A stretch of DNA of 64,000 bases from Cyanophora paradoxa CCMP329. Lineage: Eukaryota > Plantae > Glaucophyta. The stretch's first letter is position 1; each line of letters begins with the position of its first letter. Both the position numbers and the translations under genes were made by a program. Below, piece after piece: positions 1 through 11,375 of this stretch. The stretch covers positions 1 through 64,000 of the forward strand of contig QPMI01000575.1 in NCBI GenBank assembly GCA_004431415.1, written 5' to 3'. The notes beneath the pieces were generated by a model. It did no database searches. It was not told the DNA's origin and saw nothing but the letters and a program-made list of their open reading frames with translations.

Positions 1-364
1 AGCAAGAAGATTCGCTTTTAACAGAACTCTTGTGGATGCAAGCAATAATATCACATTATCCACAGGCACCTTTACAGCACCTGTGTCCGGAATTTATAGA
101 TTCTTCTTCATTGTTCAAATGTCAACAGCTTCATCAACAGGGGAGTGTAGAGTTGCATTAGAAAGAATGATTTGGCTCTTTCCCCTCAATCGGTTCAAGA
201 ATTTCAACTTACAATGGAAGGCGAAGTGTTCATATGGAGGCTTCTTTTGCTGTATATGCGAACGAATTTGTGAATGTATACAAACCTGGACATCGTCCAT
301 GCAATATGATGCTACAATACAAGGTATTACCTGTTTTGGGGGGCATCTCATCAGTAGATTATAA
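1..364 (+). pseudogene. 3' part of C1q/TNF-like (fibre head-type) domain gene
   Basis: TGTFTAPVSGIYRFFF and C-terminal TCFGGHLI match C1q-domain motifs; frameshifted in the middle. Confidence 0.6.
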
Positions 365-386
365 ACTTTTTGTTGGGAATTTATAG

Positions 387-1407
387 ATGGCTACCCAAAT
401 TGCAGTTCCTGTTTTCTGTTATGCAGCACCTAAATTGCATCAAACTGAACCACACAGTTACAGATGCTATTCCCGGGTTTATTTGCACAGAAACCACAGG
501 AGCAGATTCATTTACTCAAAATTCAATTATCAGATGCAAGGAAATTCGATGTGATAGAAATGCTGGAAAAATACGAACCACACAATTAATCGTAAGTAAC
601 AAGAATCAGGTTTTACCAGGTGGTGTAGTTGCTGATGCAGCTATTTATTGATGCAGGTGGGGTGACCACACCACAAATTGTTACTTTTGATGGGACAGAA
701 AAATAAACAGCACTTGTAGTTAAATCAGGTGGAGCATGGATAGGTTCGGGAGCTTTTGTGAATGGAACACTCTCAGCTACAAATGTTTCAATTTCAGGAA
801 CAACAACATTTACAGGTGTTGTGAATGCAAATGGTGGTCTTTTTGTTCCTACTTATACAGTCCCTGTGATGACCGCAACCACAAAGATACAAACACCTGA
901 AATAGATACAGGAGCAATGTAGATCTGATTCTGAAACGAAATAGCACAGAAGTCGCACGAATTGATGCAGGGGGTCTTACAATCGCAGCAAACTTTTATT
1001 TGAAGCAAGAAACCCAACCTCGATTTTGTGTTGGGTTTGGTGTAGCAACAAGAAGTGGAGTATATGGGCGTCTTACTAATTGGTTGCATGAATTCTTTGA
1101 TAATACCAACTCATTTGATGTAGTAGAAGGGAAATTCACAGCGCCTATAAGTGGAGATTATAGATTCTCTCTTAATTCTTATAGTATTGTTACCTCATCT
1201 GTGAGTGTAGATCTGAAAGTAAATGATCAGAATGTTTCAACAGAATTCAATTTCAGGGTAAACAACTCACAAACAGTAACCAACAAAACAATCATTTTGA
1301 GCGCAATACTCAGACTTGGAGCCGGGGATAATGTCTCTATTTATGCTGTTGATACTTCCATTTCAGAATTCACAACGTTTAGTGGCGAATTGCTGAGCAT
1401 AATTTAA
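387..1407 (+). pseudogene. Fibre-like protein with shared N-terminal module and C-terminal C1q-like domain
   Basis: IRCKEIRCDRNAGKIRTTQLIV module; C-terminal GKFTAPISGDYRFS...LRLGAGDNVSI...TTFSGELL; internal stops and frameshifts. Confidence 0.6.
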
Positions 1408-1426
1408 TTTCTACAAGTAGTTTAGA

Positions 1427-1690
1427 ATGTCGAATATATACCAAGTAGTTCTGACTGATACCGAAAAGTTGGGAATGGAATATTGCGCTGCTTCTGTTCA
1501 GGACTGGATTGATAATGCTGCCCACAACAGGGCAAGAATCGCAATTGATGAGATTGTTCAGAAAGAGATCCAATCTTGCATCTCATCAGGAGTTCAGATA
1601 CCAACCTCAAAGGAAGCGATTGTATTACAGGCATTCCAAAGGGGAACTGTAAAGAAAGGTATCGAGTATAATAATGTCACAGAAGAGTAG
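1427..1690 (+). CDS. 87-aa protein resembling small phage virion-associated proteins found next to C1q-type fibre genes
   Basis: Intact ORF with LTDTE..MEYCAASVQDWIDNAAHNRARIAIDEIV; resemblance recalled from marine phage proteins, not searched. Confidence 0.5.
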   Translation: MSNIYQVVLTDTEKLGMEYCAASVQDWIDNAAHNRARIAIDEIVQKEIQSCISSGVQIPTSKEAIVLQAFQRGTVKKGIEYNNVTEE

Positions 1691-1730
1691 TGTACATTAT
1701 TTTTCTTTCCTTCTTAGTAAAGAAGAAGCA

Positions 1731-2574
1731 ATGGGTGAATATAATCGAGTTCAACTTCCAATATATCCCTTGGATCCCCTGCAATGCACTTTCGCCAGCA
1801 TGAAGTTAATGATGAGTTCGTGGTTTAGAATCCACAGAGAGACCCAATTCCAATGGTAACTCCTTTGATAAAAATTCGATTATTCGAGTTAAAGAGCTGA
1901 GAGCTGATAAGAATTCAGGTGTGGTTAAAACAACTCGACTTCTTGTCACAAATGCTAACTTTTTCCAGCCTACAAATGGAGGTCCTGATGCTTACAGTGT
2001 TGATCTGAAAGCCCTGGATTTCGATAAGAATTCTGCAGCTGTTACTGTGAGATCAGGAGGAGCATTTATTGGGGGTGGCTGCAGAGTTTCAGGTCAACTC
2101 TCATCCTCAATTTCGTATAATGATGTCCCAGATACTCTTGAGCAGAATGTTGAAGACCCCCAACGAATTCGATTATATATACCAGTTGCACAACAGCCAC
2201 TTATTCAATTTTACCAAGGTTATACTGTCACACTTGAAAACTCTGAATTGATTGAAGGAACCAAAAGAGTAATGAGAGGGCTGGTCATTCCTTCTGCAAT
2301 GCTTTCTTTATGTAGAGCCAACAATAACCAGCCAGGTCACAGATACAATTTCAGTGTTCAGGGATATGATCATTTTGGCACAGGGTTCTGTGTTTATAAT
2401 AACAATTTCACCTATGATCTGTTTGTTACAGATATTGGAAAATATACAATTACAGTTATGGGTATCAGAACAGATATAGCTGCTGTCTCAGCTCTTAGAG
2501 GTGTTACTCCTGATACTCTTTCTCAAACAGGGTTTTACATGGAGCCAGATGTGATTGATGAACCCACCCCATAA
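1731..2574 (+). pseudogene. Fibre-like paralogue 2
   Basis: IRVKELRADKNSGVVKTTRLLVTNANF module shared with neighbours; frameshifted 5' part. Confidence 0.5.
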
Positions 2575-2597
2575 AAGATATATCCCTTTAATGTAAA

Positions 2598-3420
2598 ATG
2601 GCTGAGCAACCCCCACTTGAACGAATTATTACACCACAGCTATCATTAGCTGCCCCAGCAAACCATGTTCTGCAGCATGCTACCTTTGATGATGTGGAAG
2701 GTCTCCAATCCACAGAGGTCCAACCTACAATGAACACCTTTGGTTCCACCCACAAACTGAGATTACAGGAACTCAGATGTGATAAAAATAATGGAATAGT
2801 TAAGACAACTAAGCTACTTGTCACAAATGCAAACTTTTCTGCTCATTATGGAGACCCAGATAGCTATGGAGATCCTCTGTCTACTTATTCTTTTGAATCT
2901 AGGTCGGAGCTATTAACTGCAAATCGGGGGAGCTTATATTGGTGATGGTCTTAGGGTTGGTGGGCTGTTGGAGCGCCTTTATTTGTGAATGATCAACCCA
3001 ATCCCATTGATCCCAATACAAAATTCGAACCTATGTCCCAGCAGAATGCCCATACATTATAAAGATATTCCCCATTGTTGTAATGAACAAACAGCAGTAG
3101 TAGACTCCCTTGTTGAAATTGGTGACCACTACAAGGTAGTTGTGGATATCCCACCAGATGTATATGCTGTATGTCAAGTAGAGGGTGGAACTCCTAATTT
3201 TGCAGTTGTGATCACCCATATATAATTTGGTATTGCTTATCATGGAGTCAATTTCGGTTTGGAAGACTATCAGTTTCTGGTGAGAGCCACCAAGTTTGGT
3301 ATCTACAAGTGTGTATTATATGCTGAGAGAACCGATTTTATTGCAAGGCAGAATACCTATGCTGAGTATTATGGCACAAATCGATATTTCCCCATTTTTG
3401 GACAGGATACTGCTCCATAA
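2598..3420 (+). pseudogene. Fibre-like paralogue 3
   Basis: LRLQELRCDKNNGIVKTTKLLVTNANF module; C-terminus (FGIYKCVLYAERTD) parallels IGKYTITVMGIRTD of paralogue 2; frameshifts. Confidence 0.5.
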
Positions 3421-3442
3421 GAATATTGGTTATATATAGAGT

Positions 3443-3686
3443 ATGGATAGTAAAACAAAAAGTTTATTGATGCTGCTATGACAGTTCATGGTAAAGATAA
3501 ATTCGATTACAGTGAGACACATTACATCAAAGCTCAAGAGAAAGTATCTGTGAGATGTTTGCAGTGTAATAAGGTGATCCTTACCTATCCTTTATCATGT
3601 GAAGGGATCAGGTTGCAGGGACTGTAACAAAAGAAAGAGTCAAGCACACAGGAAAAGAGCTACTTCATCAATCAGAGTAGAGTATA
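3443..3686 (+). pseudogene. Remnant of Zn-ribbon repeat (DUF723-like) protein
   Basis: FIDAAMTVHGKDKFDYSETHYIKAQEKVSVRCLQCNK matches the repeat unit of the 36363-37508 protein. Confidence 0.55.
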
Positions 3687-3735
3687 GGGATATTTGCATT
3701 AGGTTTGACTAGTTAATTTTTCTAAGGTATTCTTA

Positions 3736-4127
3736 ATGGAGACTAAATACAGAGGCTTTCATGTTATGCTTGATTACAAGGCTAAATCAGCTATAGCAAA
3801 GGTTATGAGCATGTTAGCTTCCTAGGTAATTGATTATGGGAACCCTTGAACAAGCAGTATTGAGACAAGGTATTAGGATTGTTCATAAGCATTGTGAGAT
3901 ATTTGATGGCAAAACTATCACTCCTGGTTTTGCATTGGTTCTGCTATTAGATGAAAGCCATTGCACAGCTCATTGTTATTCCAATGAAGGCATGTTAGCA
4001 ATTGATATATTCAGTTGTGGTAAGAAGCTCAGCATAAAACAAGCAGTTGCAGATGAGATCGATAAAACAATGATTTCTAACATTTGAGAAGACTGAGAGA
4101 CATAAACATGATAGATTCCCGTTTTGA
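3736..4127 (+). pseudogene. speD: Prokaryotic/viral-type S-adenosylmethionine decarboxylase proenzyme remnant
   Basis: GFHVMLDY at the N-terminus; GFALVLLLDESHCTAHCYSNEGMLAIDIFSCG contains the ESH self-cleavage motif and DIFxCG; interrupted by stop/frameshift. Confidence 0.7.
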
Positions 4128-4519
4128 TGGGTTTCTATAATGATAAACAGGGTAATTTACCTTTTTTTTACAATGGCAATCGTTAAAAAAGGATATAATA
4201 TATCCTTTCCTACAATAGCTTTCTACAATGATTTTCTTCTACAGTAGCTTTTGTTACAATAGAATTCTACTGTATGATGTAGCCGAAATATGAATGCACC
4301 CTACATTAAGCAATGTCAAGTATTTCGAATACTATTCGATTTCCTTACAATAACACTCAGCATCTCCCCTTGATTCCCCTATTATATATATTTATATTTA
4401 AGTGGACGATATCGATATCGATATAACATCGATAAATTAATTGAAATGCATATAAAAATATGAAAATTCAGGTGAAATTCAAATAAATTAATCGATTTTA
4501 TTGATATAAATCGAATCAC

Positions 4520-4587
4520 ACATATGAATATTCATATTTTAATCCTGAGGCGGAACGCCGAGGATTAAAATATGAATATTCATATGT
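4520..4587. repeat. Terminal hairpin: 27-bp perfect inverted repeat with 14-nt loop
   Basis: ACATATGAATATTCATATTTTAATCCT (4520-4546) / AGGATTAAAATATGAATATTCATATGT (4561-4587); the loop contains GGCG-GAA-CGCC. Confidence 0.9.
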
Positions 4588-5202
4588 TCGCAATCCCAAG
4601 TTCTTCGAGAGCCTTGAAACAAAATCGTTCGAATTACACAGCTCTCTCGTCAAGCACTGCTCCACGTGCACCAGCACTGAAGACGAGAAGCATATGTTGG
4701 TGTCGCATGCAGGTAAAACAATTGCACGTTAATCAACACATGAATTAATTGAATTATACGCAGGGTTTCTATTTGCTGTTCCCTCCTATGCAGCACGTAC
4801 ACTACCCGGAATCTCGATAAATATAGCCAGTGAACAGCGCGAAGCTTACAGACGTTATATCTTTCCAATAGACTATTACCATCCAGACTTAAGCATTTCC
4901 TTGCCTCCCCACAGATCTAGATCTATAGCCAGGATAGCTATAGCTAGCAGCAGATCAGGTACATATGCACACAGATATGTACGTGCATATGTAAGGGATC
5001 CGGAGGGAAGGCTCCAGAAAGAGCTTAGTGACCGCACTTGGAAGGCTGCTGCCCGTAAACGCTAGCCTGTTGTTTTGCTGATCACGATCAAAGTGAAGCT
5101 GCAACTCTGAAGGCAATCGCAATTGGCGGCTGGGTGGTCGGCTCTAAAAAACTTGCGATCCGGATCGGAGCTTCGAATTTGCGTGTTCATGGTCAGATAA
5201 AG

Positions 5203-8200
5203 AGAGCTATCCGGTCCGCAGAAGCATTCTGAAGTAGACAACGCCGCAGACCTGCAGAGCCCGCCGTGCTATTCGTGGCCGGAAATTAAAGTCGATGCTG
5301 GAGATTGAGCTCCTCGTATTATGGGCGCTGATCAATAGCGCCAGTTTCGAAAATCGGCCTGCAGCTAGCATCGTTCGAAAAGAGCTATCCGCAGAAGAAT
5401 CAAGATGGAGACTGGGCCGCGGACCTGCAGAGCCCGCGGCTGCTTTGCAATTTGTGGTCGGAAGGTTGATATCGATGTTGGAGATTGAGCTCCTCGTATC
5501 ATTAGTGCTCTTATCAATAGCGCCAGTTTCGAAATCGGCCTGCAGCTAGCATCGTTCAAAAAGAGCTATCCGCAGAAGCATTAAGATGGAGACTGGGCCG
5601 CGGACCTGCAGAGCCCGCCGTGCTATTTGTGGCCGGAAAGTCGATGTTGGAGATTGATCTCCTCGTATTATGGGCGCTGATCAATAGCGCCAGTTTCGAA
5701 AATCGGCCTGCAGCTAGCAGCTAGCATCGCTCGAAAAGAGCTATCCGCAGAAGCATTAAGATGGAGACTGGGCCGCGGACCTGCAGAGCCCGCCGTGCTT
5801 TTTGTGGCCGGAAAGTCGATGCTGGAGATTGAGCTCCTCGTATCATGGGCACACTTATCAATAGCGGCAGTTTCGAAAATCGGCCTGCAGCTAGCATCGC
5901 TCGAAAAGAGCTATCCGCAGAAGCATTAAGATGGAGACTGGGCCGCGGAACTGCAGAGCCCGCTGTGCTATTTGTGGCCGGAAAGTCGATGCTGGAGATT
6001 GAGCTCCTCGTATCATTAGTGCGCTTATCAATAGCGCCAGTATCGAAAATCGGCCTGCAGCTAGCATCGCTCGAAAAGAGCTATCCGCAGAAGCATTAAG
6101 ATGGAGACTGGGCCGCGGACCTGCAGAGCCCGCCGTGCTATTTGTGCCGGAAAGTCGATGTTGGAGATTGAGCTCCTCGTATCATTAGTGCGCTTATCAA
6201 TAGCGCCAGTTTCGAAAATCGGCCTGCAGCTAGCATCGTTCGAAAGAGCTATCCGCAGAAGCATTAAGATGGAGACTGGGCCGCGGACCTGCAGAGCCCG
6301 CCGTGCTATTTGTGGCCGGAAAATCGATGTTGGAGATTGAGCTCCTCGTATCATTAGTGCGCTTATCAATAGCGCCAGTTTCGAAAATCGGCCTGCAGCT
6401 AGCATCGTTCGAAAAGAGCTATCCGCAGAAGCATTAAGATGGAGACTGGGCCGCGGACCTGCAGAGCCCGCCGTGCTTTTTGTGGCCGGAAAGTCGATGC
6501 TGGAGATTGAGCTCCTCGTATCATGGGCACACTTATCAATAGCGGCAGTTTCGAAAATCGGCCTGCAGCTAGCATCGTTCGAAAAGAGCTATCCGCAGAA
6601 GCATTAAGATGGAGACTGGGCCGCGGACCTGCAGAGCCCGCTGCCGCTTTGCAATTCGTGGTCGGAACGTGGATATCGATGTTGGAGATTGAGCTCCTCA
6701 TATCATTAGTGCGCTTATCAATAGCGCCAGTTTCGAAATCGGCCTGCAGCTAGCATCGTTCGAAAAGAGCTATCCGCAGAAGCATTAAGATGGAGACTGG
6801 GCCGCGGACCTGCAGAGCCAGCCGTGCTATTTGTGGCCTGAAAGTCGATGCTGGAGATTGAGCTCCTCGTATCATGGGCACACTTATCAATAGCGGCAGT
6901 TTCGAAAATCGGCCTGCAGCTAGCATCGTTCGAAAAGAGCTATCCGCAGAAGCATTAAGATGGAGACTGGGCCGCGGACCTGCAGAGCCCGCCGTGCGTT
7001 TTGTGGCCGGAAAGTCGATGTTGGAGATTGAGCTCCTCATATCATTAGTGCGCTTATCAATAGCGCCAGTTTCGAAAATCGGCCTGCAGCTAGCATCGTT
7101 CGAAAAGAGCTATCCGCAGAAGCATTAAGATGGAGACTGGGCCGCGGACCTGCAGAGCCCGCCGTGCTTTTTGTGGCCGGAAAGTCGATGCTGGAGATTG
7201 AGCTCCTCGTATCATTAGTGCGCTTATCAATAGCGCCAGTTTCGAAAATCGGCCTGCAGCTAGCATCGCTCGAAAAGAGCTATCCGCAGAAGCATTAAGA
7301 TGGAGACTGGGCCGCGGACCTGCAGAGCCCGCCGTGCTTTTTGTGGCCGGAAAGTCGATGCTGGAGATTGAGCTCCTCGTATCATGGGCACACTTATCAA
7401 TAGCGGCAGTTTCGAAAATCGGCCTGCAGCTAGCATCGTTCGAAAAGCGCTATCCGCAGAAGCATTAAGATGGAGACTGGGCCGCGGACCTGCAGAGCCA
7501 GCCGTGCTATTTGTGGCCTGAAAGTCGATGCTGGAGATTGAGCTCCTCGTATTATGGGCGCTGATCAATAGCGGCAGTTTCGAAACTCGGCCTGCAGGTA
7601 GCATCGCTCGAAAAGAGCTATCCGCAGAAGCATTAAGATGGAGACTGGCCGCGGACCTGCAGAGCCCGCCGTGCTATTTGTGGCCGGAAAGTCGATGTTG
7701 GAGATTGAGCCCTCGTATCATTAGTGCGCTTATCAATAGCGCCAGTTTCGAAAATCGGCCTGCAGCTAGCATCGTTCGAAAAGAGCTATCCGCAGAAGCA
7801 TTAAGATGGAGACTGGGCCGCGGACCTGCAGAGCCCGCCGTGCTATTTGTGGCCGGAAAGTCGATGCTGGAGATTGAGCTCCTCGTATCATGCATATGGG
7901 CACACTTATCAATAGCGGCAGTTTCGAAAATCGGCCTGCAGCTAGCATCGTTCGAAAAGAGCTATCCGCAGAAGGATTAAGATGGAGACTGGGCCGCGGA
8001 CCTGCAGAGCCCGCCGTGCTATTTGTGACCGGAAAGTCGATGCTGGAGATTGAGCTCCTCGGATCATTAGTGCGCTTATCAATAGCGCCAGTTTCGAAAA
8101 TCGGCCTGCAGCTAGCATCGTTCGAAAAGAGCTATCCGCAGAAGCATTAAGATGGAGACTGGGCCGCGGACCTGCAGAGCCCGCCGTGCTTTTTGTGGCC

Positions 8201-11200
8201 GGAAAGTCGATGCTGGAGATTGAGCTCCTCGTATCATGGGCACACTTATCAATAGCGGCAGTTACGAAAATCGGCCTGCAGCTAGCATCGTTCGAAAAGA
8301 GCTATCCGCAGAAGCATTAAGATGGAGACTGGGCCGCGGAACTGCAGAGCCGCTGCCGCTTTGCAATTCGTGGTCGGAACGTGGATATCGATGTTGGAGA
8401 TTGAGCTCCTCGTATCATTAGTGCGCTTATCAATAGCGCCAGTTTCGAAAATCGGCCTGCAGCTAGCATCGCTCGAAAAGAGCTATCCGCAGAAGCATTA
8501 AGATGGAGACTGGGCCGCGGACCTGCAGAGCCCGCCGTGCTTTTTGTGGCCGGAAAGTCGATGCTGGAGATTGAGCTCCTCGGATCATGGGTACACTTAT
8601 CAATAGCGCCAGTTTCGAAAATCGGCCTGCAGCTAGCATCGTTCGAAAAGAGCTATCCGCAGAAGCATTAAGATGGAGACTGGGCCGCGGACCTGCAGAG
8701 CCCGCCGTGCTATTTGTGACTGGAAAATCGATGTTGGAGATTGATCTCCTCGTATTATGGGCGCTTATCAATAGCGGCAGTTTCGAAAATCGGCCTGCAG
8801 CTAGCATCGTTCGAAAAGAGCTATCCGCAGAAGCATTAAGATGGAGACTGGGCCGCGGACCTGCAGAGCCCGCCGTGCTATTTGTGACCGGAAAGTCGAT
8901 GCTGGAGATTGAGCTCCTCGGATCATTAGTGCGCTTATCAATAGCGCCAGTTTCGAAAATCGGCCTGCAGCTAGCATCGTTCGAAAGAGCTATCCGCAGA
9001 AGCATTAAAATGGAGACTGGGCGCGGACCTGCAGAGCCCGCCGTGCGTTTTGTGGCCGGAAAGTCGATGTTGTAGATTGAGCTCTTCGTATCATTAGTGC
9101 TCTTATCAATAGCGCCAGTTTCGAAAATCGGCCTGCAGCTAGCATCGTTCGAAAAGAGCTATCCGCAGAAGCATTAAGATGGAGACTGGGCCGCGGACCT
9201 GCAGAGCCCGCCGTGCTTTTTGTGGCCGGAAAGTCGATGCTGGAGATTGAGCTCCTCGTATCATGGGCACACTTATCAATAGCGGCAGTTTCGAAAATCG
9301 GCCTGCAGCTAGCATCGTTCGAAAAGAGCTATCCGCAGAAGCATTAAGATGGAGACTGGGCCGCGGAACTGCAGAGCCCGCTGCCGCTTTGCAATTCGTG
9401 GTCGGAACGTGGATATCGATGTTGGAGATTGAGCTCCTCGTATCATTAAATATTAGTGCGCTTACCAATAGCGCCAGTTTCGAAAATCGGCCTGCAGCTA
9501 GCATCGTTCGAAAAGAGCTATCCGCAGAAGCATTAAGATGGAGACTGGGCCGCGGACCTGCAGAGCCCGCCGTGCTATTTGTGACCGGAAAGTCGATGCT
9601 GGAGATTGAGCTCCTCGGATCATTAGTGCGCTTATCAATAGCGCCAGTTTCGAAAATCGGCCTGCAGCTAGCATCGTTCGAAAAGAGCTATCCGCAGAAG
9701 CATTAAGATGGAGACTGGGCCGCGGACCTGCAGAGCCCGCCGTGCTTTTTGTGGCCGGAAAGTCGATGCTGGAGATTGAGCTCCTCGTATCATGGGCACA
9801 CTTATCAATAGCGGCAGTTTCGAAAATCGGCCTGCAGCTAGCATCGTTCGAAAAGAGCTATCCGCAGAAGCATTAAGATGGAGACTGGGCCGCGGAACTG
9901 CAGATCCCGCTGCCGCTTTGCAATTCGTGGTCGGAACGTGGATATCGATGTTGGAGATTGAGCTCCTCGTATCATTAGTGCGCTTATCAATAGCGCCAGT
10001 TTCGAAAATCGGCCTGCAGCTAGCATCGTTCGAAAAGAGCTATCCGCAGAAGCATTAAGATGGAGACTGGGCCGCGGACCTGCAGAGCCCGCCGTGCTAT
10101 TTGTGGCCGGAACGTTGATATCGATGTTGGAGATTGAGCTCCTCGTATCATTAGTGCTCTTATCAATAGCGCCAGTTTCGAAAATCGGCCTGCAGCTAGC
10201 ATCGCTCGAAAAGAGCTATCCGCAGAAGCATTAAGATGGAGACTGGGCCGCGGACCTGCAGAGCCCGCCGTGCTATTTGTGACCGGAAAGTCGATGCTGG
10301 AGATTGAGCTCCTCGGATCATTAGTGCGCTTATCAATAGCGCCAGTTTCGAAAATCGGCCTGCAGCTAGCATCGTTCGAAAAGAGCTATCCGCAGAAGCA
10401 TTAAGATGGAGACTGGGCCGCGGACCTGCAGAGCCCGCCGTGCTATTTGTGGCCGGAAAGTCGATGCTGGAGATTGAGCTCCTCGTATCATGGGCACACT
10501 TATCAATAGCGGCAGTTTCGAAAATCGGCCTGCAGCTAGCATCGTTCGAAAAGAGCTATCCGCAGAAGCATTAAGATGGAGACTGGGCCGCGGAACTGCA
10601 GATCCCGCTGCCGCTTTGCAATTCGTGGTCGGAACGTGGATATCGATGTTGGAGATTGAGCTCCTCGTATCATTCAATGATTAGTGCGCTTATCAATAGC
10701 GCCAGTTTCGAAAATCGGCCTGCAGCTAGCATCGTTCGAAAAGAGCTATCCGCAGAAGCATTAAGATGGAGACTGGGCCGCGGACCTGCAGAGCCCGCCG
10801 TGCTATTTGTGGCCGGAACGTTGATATCGATGTTGGAGATTGAGCTCCTCGTATCATTAGTGCGCTTATCAATAGCGCCAGTTTCGAAAATCGGCCTGCA
10901 GCTAGCATCGCTCGAAAAGAGCTATCCGCAGAAGCATTAAGATGGAGACTGGGCCGCGGACCTGCAGAGCCCGCCGTGCTATTTGTGACCGGAAAGTCGA
11001 TGCTGGAGATTGAGCTCCTCGGATCATTAGTGCGCTTATCAATAGCGCCAGTCTCGAAAATCGGCCTGCAGCTAGCATCGTTCGAAAAGAGCTATCCGCA
11101 GAAGCATTAAGATGGAGACTGGGCCGCGGACCTGCAGAGCCCGCCGTGCTTTTTGTGGCCGGAAAGTCGATGCTGGAGATTGAGCTCCTCGTATCATGGG

Positions 11201-11375
11201 CACACTTATCAATAGCGGCAGTTTCGAAAATCGGCCTGCAGCTAGCATCGCTCGAAAAGAGCTATCCGCAGAAGCATTAAGATGGAGACTGGGCCGCGGA
11301 CCTGCAGATCTTGAGCCCGCCGTGCTTTTTGTGGCCGGAAAGTCGATGCTGGAGATTGAGCTCCTTGTATTATGG
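5203..11375. repeat. Tandem satellite, 170-bp monomer (~35 copies) with longer variant monomers
   Basis: CGAAAAGAGC-type anchor recurs at 6761, 6931, 7101, 7271 and 7441 (period 170); edges are degenerate. Confidence 0.95.

Larger units (their letters stand above)
1..4587. mobile_element. Right-hand end of a degraded endogenous virus-like element (related to the 17431-47902 element); continues beyond the window start
   Basis: AT-rich, intronless, tightly packed + strand genes with stops and frameshifts. Subterminal 4190-4405 resembles 47072-47150 (shared CTACAATAGCTTTCTACAATGA and CATCTCCCC..GATTCCCCTATTA). Ends in a hairpin resembling the big element's end, followed by an abrupt switch to GC-richer DNA. 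Confidence 0.75.

Noticed and set aside
5203-11375. Satellite or GTTAC cassettes as a CRISPR-like array
   Set aside because: There are no unique equal-length spacers between short identical repeats, and no cas genes.
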